DNA of 18,062 nucleotides from Tubiluchus corallicola. Taxonomy: Eukaryota; Animalia; Priapulida. Below the pieces are notes generated by a model. That model was given only the letters and a program-made list of their open reading frames with translations, was not told where the DNA came from and made no database searches. Positions 11,059 to 18,062 of the stretch are shown in pieces. A program made the translations under genes and the position numbers. Location of the stretch: positions 1 to 18,062 of the forward strand of contig JAQGDQ010002006.1 of the NCBI GenBank assembly GCA_030141605.1, given 5' to 3'. Each line of letters begins with the position of its first letter. Position 1 is the first letter of the stretch.

Positions 11059-11478
11059 CGGGTCCTGATTAGGTTATAAACAGCAACACGAAATCATTTA
11101 TGCGCGTTATTTACTGTTACCTGTGATTAATTTACCTGTTACCTGTGAACGCCCAGGTGAAACCAACTGCCTCTAAATGAGCAATTTTATTCAAAATGTT
11201 TACTATGGCTGCGCAGAAGTGTCAACGCATATTTATAGCCTGCAATATGCCCGTTCCTTTCAGAGAACAATAAAGGTAATAGCTTCAAACCGTGAAATTG
11301 CCCAAGTCGTATAACCTGTGATCTGTAATTGAACCCACTGTACGCGTATACTGCCAGGCAGTTTAATGTAAATTGACAGTAATTTGTGTTCGCTTCTCAC
11401 AATTCCAAATTCCGACTCCTATAGGAGCGCAATGATTCTGCTTTGGGAAAACTAGAATTTTTTTAAAATGGCCTGTTG

Positions 11479-12664
11479 TTTTACTCGAGTAATTTGACGT
11501 CCGTGCATAGTAAAGGCTTATGATTTTACTCGAGTAATTTGACGTCTGTGCACAGTAAAGGCTTATGATTTTACTCGAATAATTTGACGTCCGTGCATAG
11601 TAAAGGCTTATGATTTTACTCGAGTAATTTGACGTCTGTACATAGTAAAGGCTTATGATTTTACTCGAGTAATTTGACGTCCGTGATAGTAAAAGCTTAT
11701 GATTTTACTCGAGCAATTTGACGTCCGTGCATAGTAAAGGCTTATGATTTTACTCGAGTAATTTGACGTCCGTGCATAGTAAAGGTTTATGATTTTACTC
11801 GAGTAATTTGACGTCCGTGCATAGTAAAGGCTTATGATTTTACTCGAGTAATTTGACGTCTGTACATAGTAAAGGCTTATTATTTTACACGAGTAATTTG
11901 ACGTCCGTGCATAGTAAAGGCTTATGATTTTTCACGAGTAATTTGACGTCCGGGCACAGTAAAGGCTTATGATTTTACTCGAGTAATTTGACGTCCGTGC
12001 ATAGTAAAAGCTTATGATTTTACTCGAGCAATTTGACGTCCGTGCATAGTAAAGGCTTATGATTTTACACGAGTAATTTGACGTCCGTGCACAGTAAAGG
12101 CTTATGATTTTACTCGAGTAATTTGACGTCCGTGCATAGTAAAGGCTTATGATTTTACTCGAGTAATTTGACGTCCGTGCATAGTAAAGGCTTATGATTT
12201 TACTCGAGTAATTTGACGTCCGTGCATAGTAAAGGCTTATGATTTTACTCGAGTAATTTGACGTCCGTGAACAGTAAAGGCTTATTATTTTACTCGAGTA
12301 ATTTGACGTCCATGCATAGTAAAGGCTTATGATTTTACTCGAGTAATTTGACGTCCATGCATAGTAAAGGCTTATGATTTTACTCGAGTAATTTGACGTC
12401 TGTGCAAAGTAAAGGCTTATGATTTTACTCGAGTAATTTGACGTCCGTGCATAGTAAAGGCTTATGATTTTACTCGAATAATTTGACGTTCGTACATAGT
12501 AAAGGCTTATGATTTTACTCGAGTAATTTGACGTCCGGGCACAGTAAAGGCTTATGATTTTACACGAGTAATTTGACGTCTGTGCATAGTATAGGCTTAT
12601 GATTTTGCTCGAGTAATTTGACGTCTGTACATAGTAAAGGCTTGTGATTTTACTCGAATATTTG
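11479..12664. repeat. 45-bp minisatellite, ~26 copies
   Basis: Unit TTTTACTCGAGTAATTTGACGTCCGTGCATAGTAAAGGCTTATGA. It matches the 15-aa periodicity of the spurious minus-strand ORF. Confidence 0.97.
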
Positions 12665-13472
12665 CAAAATAGGCACTCTACGGTCGAGCTTTTACCAATT
12701 CGCTGAACAAAATGTCTGTCTTTATTCGAACGCGGCACTGAAATTTGGCTTCACTACGTTCCCGCTTGCCTAGCTACTGATGCATCTTGCAATTAGAACA
12801 TTTTAATCACATTTATTTATTTAACTGTCTTCGATTCAAAACAACTGCCTTCTGTTGCAGTAAGAACATCTCAGTATTTTCTCTAGATGTGCAAGCGTGC
12901 AACTGAGGATCGTGTTCAACATGATCTAACGTGTGCAGTTTATTGAAATACCCACTTGGATGCACGTTTGTGAGACGGTAGTCTATAGAAATGGAAAATC
13001 ACATGATCTTACGTAATTTCTGAGTGGCTTCATTTAGATTCTTGCCCATTTGCCTTCAAGGTTGCCGCAGATTCAGCCGTCATAGAGACAACGAAGCCAA
13101 GCAGGCAATCGGGAGTTTTCCCGGTTACTGAATGGTAATCACAATAACTCGGTTAGGTTCTATTGTTTACTCCAGGGAAATCGTACATCCTAGTGATTTT
13201 TAGATAATCCAGTAATCAGTGAGGAATTTAGGGTATTCATTAAATACAACTATAATCTTAATAGGTTTTCAAATAAACAAATGCAAATTCAAATACCGAG
13301 TCTTACAGAGATTCTAATCGTCTTGGTTAAGAATTCCGTTGAAAGGTATGTCGTACGTAGACACATCTGCACGTCTGTTTGAGTTGAAATGCTCCACAAA
13401 GTTTTTGTTTTGTAAAATGAATAGATTATCTTGGGTTATTTAGAAAAAGTTTTTTTGAGCTAGTGATAACCG

Positions 13473-13865
13473 TTATTTATTTATTTTTTATTATTATTAT
13501 CACATTCAGTACAATATAATGACATTAAGCACACAGTGACATCAAAATTATTACATCTACGGTATTAAATTGTTATGTTTCATACACCATCGTTATCATA
13601 AAAGAATAATTGTACTGCAGTGGGCTAGAGAAGCAAAGGCTTGTATAAGCCCACTGTCATGTGAACCCGATAAAAAAAGAATGAATGAGTGAACAAAAAA
13701 GTGAACTGGGAGAAAGGTTAGATCACACAGGAAGGGTAGAAGGATGTGTTAGTGGAAATGGTAGGAAGAAAGATAATAGATTGCGCTATGTTGACAGCAA
13801 AGTCGTATACAAGACATCTCAAAAGGACATTAATCACTTTTGATGTTTAAATTTGGAAGAAAGCC
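13473..13865 (-). mobile_element. Probable 3' end of a CR1/L2-group LINE (3' UTR stem-loop and A-rich tail); 5' boundary uncertain
   Basis: Minus strand reads: pyrimidine-rich UTR, then stem-loop CAGTGGGCT-TATACAAGCCTTTGCTTCTCT-AGCCCACTG (9-bp perfect stem, 13618-13626/13648-13656), then TG-rich UTR ending (AAT)n-A7-(TAAA)n at ~13473-13500. The ACAAGCC-containing stem-loop resembles 3' UTRs I associate with Crack/Daphne/L2 elements (recollection, not searched). Confidence 0.5.
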
Positions 13866-13931
13866 ATTTAGATTTTGGGGGTGGGGTGATTGAGTGACAA
13901 GAATCAATTACTTACTGTAAGTTTTGATCAG

Positions 13932-14211
13932 AAAAATTCCGTGCCGTCATAGGTAATTTCTGCATAACAACTCGAAACTGCGGCTCTGTGACCGAATTAT
14001 TTTAATGACGTCATAACCATTGCTGACGTCAACGAGTTTAAGCGAATCCGGTTTCACAAAGCAGTCACTAACTTGGCGACGTCGTTATTAATAGTTAAGT
14101 AAATGTAAATGTAATAATGACGTCATCAATAGCGTCATTAAATTAATTCAGTCACAGAGCCACAGCTTCGAGTTGTTATGCAGAAATTACCTATGACGGC
14201 ACGAAATTTTT
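13932..14211. mobile_element. Foldback/MITE-like element with long terminal inverted repeats
   Basis: Arm 13932-14010 (AAAAATTCCGTGCCGTCATAGGTAATTTCTGCATAACAACTCGAA...TTAATGACG) is the reverse complement of 14133-14211 with 5 mismatches in 79 bp, extending with a gap to ATTG(C/A)TGACGTCA. No clear TSD seen. Confidence 0.8.
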
Positions 14212-14439
14212 AAACACAGTTTTATACAGGTTTATACACTGAATTAAATTAAACAATTACATTAAAAAAATAAATGTGTATAAACTACACTAACTACACT
14301 AGCTCGCTACCTTTCAAAAGTGCTCAATTTTTATGTGGTTTTCTCCTACAAAGTGACTTTTTGTGTCAATTTATGTACTTAAATAATATTCCAAATGATA
14401 GTAATTGGTATTTGACATTACAGAATCAGAAACAATAGC

Positions 14440-14850
14440 AAAAGTTGCCGCAAATGCAGTTTTTGCAATTGTCGCTGTTGTTGTCGTTGCTGTTGCTGCG
14501 GCTGTTGTTGTTGTTGTTGTTGATGATGTTGCAGCTATTGCTGCTGTTGGAATTGCTGTCGTTATTGTTGGCGTCGTTTTTGTTGTTGTCGTCGTGCAGA
14601 TGATGTTACCGTGTCATTGTCATTATTGTCGCTGTTCTTGTTGCTACTGCCGTTACTGTTACTGTTGCTGCTGTTCTTATCATCGTCGTTTTTGTCCTCT
14701 ACTTTGTTGCCCTCGTTCTCATTGTCATCTTCGTCGCTACCACCGCTGTTGCTGTTGCAACTGTTGCTGTTAATGTTAACGTTGTTGCTAGACTTACTGC
14801 GTATCTATTGTTTCACGCTCTAGAATTGATATTGTTGTTGTTGTTACTGT
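14440..14850. repeat. Degenerate (GTT/GCT/GTC)n low-complexity tract
   Basis: Cryptic triplet simplicity producing the poly-V/A, poly-C and poly-L ORFs. Confidence 0.88.
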
Positions 14851-15010
14851 TAGCTGCTGATGTTACTGCGCATGCGTCACTGTTACAGCTGCAGCTGCTG
14901 ATGCTACTACGCATGCGTCACTGTTACAGCTGCTGATGCTACTACGCATGCGTCACTGTTACAGCTGCTGATGCTACTACGCATGCGTCACTGTTACAGC
15001 TGCAGCTGCT
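14846..15010. repeat. 35-bp minisatellite, 4 copies (two with an extra GCTGCA)
   Basis: Unit GCTGCTGATGCTACTACGCATGCGTCACTGTTACA. Confidence 0.93.
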
Positions 15011-15440
15011 GTTTGTTGTTACTGTCGTCATTGTGAACACCAGCTGTATGGTTGACCCCTGCAACAATGGCGATGGCTACACGACCGATGTCGCCATTGC
15101 TACGCAACTGTTGTCAACACGGTTACTCTTATACCGTAATGGTTTTAAATATCAGATTAGTTTATTTTTTGTGCATCTGCTCAAATCGGTTTCACGTGCA
15201 AAATAACTAGTATAAAGGCCCGAAAAATGAATCGTTTCAATGAATAATTTAATGAGAAAGTTTGAGTGACATTTGTTGTTGTTTTTCTTTTAAGGTGATT
15301 CGAATTCGTGTAAAAAGGTGTTGACGCAAATGCGTAATGAAGCAGTTTCGAAATCGAATCGCAAGACTGCCAAAATCAGTTTGTAATCAAATGCGACGCA
15401 AATTGAATCGAATTGATGATAATGTCGTTTTAGAAATTGT

Positions 15441-15880
15441 TTGTAAATCATTGTAAATCATTGTATATCCTTTATATCATTGTAAATCATTGTAAATCAT
15501 TGTAAATCAGTGTATATCATTGTATATCATTGTAAATCATTGTATATCATTGTATATCATTGTATATCATTGTAAATCATTGTAAGTCATTGTATATCCT
15601 TGTATATCATTGTAAATCATTGTAAATCAATGTAAATCATTGCATATCATTGTATATAGTTGTATATTATTGTAGATCATTGTATATCATTGTAAATCAT
15701 TGTAAATCATTGTATATCATTGTATATCATTGTATATCATTGTATATCATTGTAAATCATTGTATGTCATTGTAAATCATTGTAAGTCATTGTAAATCAT
15801 TTTATATCATTGTAAATCATTGTAAATCTTTGTATATCATTGTAAATTTTTGTATATCATTGTAAATCATTGTATATTAT
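15441..15880. repeat. 10-bp minisatellite, ~44 copies
   Basis: TGTA(A/T)ATCAT repeated in near-exact 10-bp register. Confidence 0.97.
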
Positions 15881-16440
15881 ACATAATTATGACTGACGTT
15901 CGCAAACAAACGACAGAAGTTCTGCTTATTGTTGTTGGCTAGGGAAGAACTTATGCAATAATATTTTGCTCTTGCACTTATTCTAGCTCAACAACGAATC
16001 AGAATTTATTTTATCGCAAACCACACGCCGCGACCACTCTGCTACTCACCTCGCCTCAAATAGGTGGAGAATTCAGTGTATGTTTTTACGTTTATAGTTT
16101 TTACTTGTTTATCAGTGCCAAAAATATATACAAAACAAGAAACAAGACATACTCACAATTTCAATGATAAAATATAATATATGAATACAACGTATATTAA
16201 TGTTGCAAAATGATAAAAATGGCGAAGAAGCGCATCAAGTTTATAATAATTATTATGTTGTTGTCTATATATAGAAACATATTATTATGTTAATTATTAT
16301 GTATAATAATTATTATGTTAGAAACTATGAGAATTTTCCTAAAAAATCAAGCCCTTCAGAATCTGTTGTTGATGCTGAGCATCCATCCATCACCACTCAG
16401 GTTTGTTGCAACCTCTTGTGAGAGCAGATTAAGAGGAAAG

Positions 16441-18062
16441 ATGTTATAGAGGAAGGTATGCCAGATTGTAGTAGTTGTAAATAAACCAATACTAAAATGA
16501 TTCGATTCCATGTTTTAGAGGAAGGTATGCCAGATTGTAGTAGTTGTAAATAAACCAATACTAAAATGATTCGATTCCATGTTTTAGAAGAAGGTATGCC
16601 AGATTGTAGTAGTTGTAAATAAACCAATACTAAAATGATTCGATTCCCTGTTTTAGAGGAAGGTATGCCAGATTGTAGTAGTTGTAAATGAACCAATACT
16701 AAAATGATTCGATTCCATGTTTTAGAGGAAGGTATGCCAGATTGTAGTAGTTGTAAATAAACCAATACTAAAATGATTCGATTCTATGTTTTAGAAGAAG
16801 GTATGCCAGATTGTAGTAGTTGTAAATAAAAAAAACTAAAATGATTCGATTCTATGTTTTAGAGGAAGGTATGCCAGATTGTAGTAGTTGTAAATAAACC
16901 AATACTAAAATGATTCGATTCTATGTTTTAGAGGAAGGTATGCCAGATTGTAGTAGTTGTAAATAAACCAATACTAAAATGATTCGATTCCATGTTTTAG
17001 AGGAAGCTATGCCAGATTGTAGTAGTTGTAAATGAACCAATACTAAAATGATTCGATTCTATGTTTTAGAGGAAGGTATGCCAGATTGTAGTAGTTGTAA
17101 ATAAACCAATACTAAAATGATTCGATTCCATGTTATAGAGGAAGGTATGCCAGATTGTTGTAGTTGTAAATAAACCAATACTGAAATGATTCGATTCCAT
17201 GTTTTAGAAGAAGGTATGCCAGATTGTAGTAGTTGTAAATAAACCAATACTGAAATGATTCGATTCCATGTTTTAGAAGAAGGTATGCCAGATTGTAGTA
17301 GTTGTAAATAAACCAATACTAAAATGATTCGATTCCATGTTTTAGAGGAAGCTATGCCAGATTGTTGTAGTTGTAAATAAAACAATACTAAAATGATTCG
17401 ATTCCATGTTTTAGAGGAAGGTTTGCCAGATTGTAGTAGTTGTAAATAAACCAATACTAAAATGATTCGATTCCATGTTTTAGAGGAAGGTATGCCAGAT
17501 TGTAGTAGTTGTAAATAAACCAATACTAAAATGATTCGATTCTATGTTTTAGAGGAAGGTATGCCAGATTGTAGTAGTTGTAAATAAACCAATACTAAAA
17601 TGATTCGATTCCATGTTTTAGAGGAAGGTATGCCAGATTGTAGTAGTTGTAAATGAACCAATACTAAAATGATTCGATTCTATGTTTTAGAGGAAGGTAT
17701 GCCAGATTGTAGTAGTTGTAAATGAACCAATACTAAAATGATTCGATTCCATGTTTTAGAGGAAGGTATGCCAGATTGTAGTAGTTGTAAATAAACCAAT
17801 ACTAAAATGATTCGATTCCATGTTTTAGAGGAAGGTATGCCAGATTGTAGTAGTTGTAAATAAACCAATACTAAAATGATTCGATTCCATGTTTTAGAAG
17901 AAGGTATGCCAGATTGTAGTAGTTGTAAATAAACCAATACTAAAATGATTCGATTCCATGTTTTAGAGGAAGCTATGCCAGATTGTTGTAGTTGTAAATA
18001 AAACAATACTAAAATGATTCGATTCCATGTTTTAGAGGAAGGTTTGCCAGATTGTAGTAGTT
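16441..18062. repeat. 69-bp minisatellite B, at least 23 copies, runs off the window end
   Basis: Unit ATGTTTTAGAGGAAGGTATGCCAGATTGTAGTAGTTGTAAATAAACCAATACTAAAATGATTCGATTCC, period 69 (16441 to 16510). It matches the 23-aa periodicity of the spurious minus-strand ORFs. Confidence 0.98.

Noticed and set aside
11932-12738. 268-aa ORF with 15-aa repeats
   Set aside because: 45-bp satellite read-through with a non-ATG start and a stop caused by one variant unit mid-array.
15051-15118. Small hairpin CAATGGCGA/TCGCCATTG as a pre-miRNA or Helitron 3' hairpin
   Set aside because: Only a 9-bp stem with a large loop, and no CTRR terminus at the expected spacing.
16360-16455. Possible plus-strand exon ending at the AG|GTATG of the first unit of satellite B (similarly AG|GTATA at 3843 for satellite A)
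   Set aside because: Stops in the candidate frames, weak acceptors and no recognisable protein.
16397-18006. Leu-rich 23-aa repeat ORFs (superficially LRR-like spacing)
   Set aside because: 69-bp satellite. ORFs are broken by recurrent stop variants and lack the LxxLxLxxN consensus.

Overview
Repeat-dense, AT-rich eukaryotic DNA, probably an invertebrate animal given the 5S rRNA sequence and repeat types. I find no supportable protein-coding gene: every long ORF in the track is a translation of a tandem repeat or low-complexity sequence. Roughly half the window is tandem repeat, with unrelated units of 26, 69, 46, 21, 28, 45, 35, 10 and 69 bp plus (AAT)n, (CT)n and GTT/GCT-rich tracts. The most informative feature is a ~530-bp insertion at 826-1354. 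It has a near-full-length 5S rRNA head fused to a GC-rich, highly base-paired body, and it sits between perfect 54-bp direct repeats (a SINE3-like element or a 5S/retroelement chimera). Also present are a hAT-type MITE with an 8-bp TSD carrying a ~310-nt polypyrimidine tract, a ~280-bp foldback element, and two probable LINE 3' ends. All family assignments are from motif recognition by eye, not database searches.
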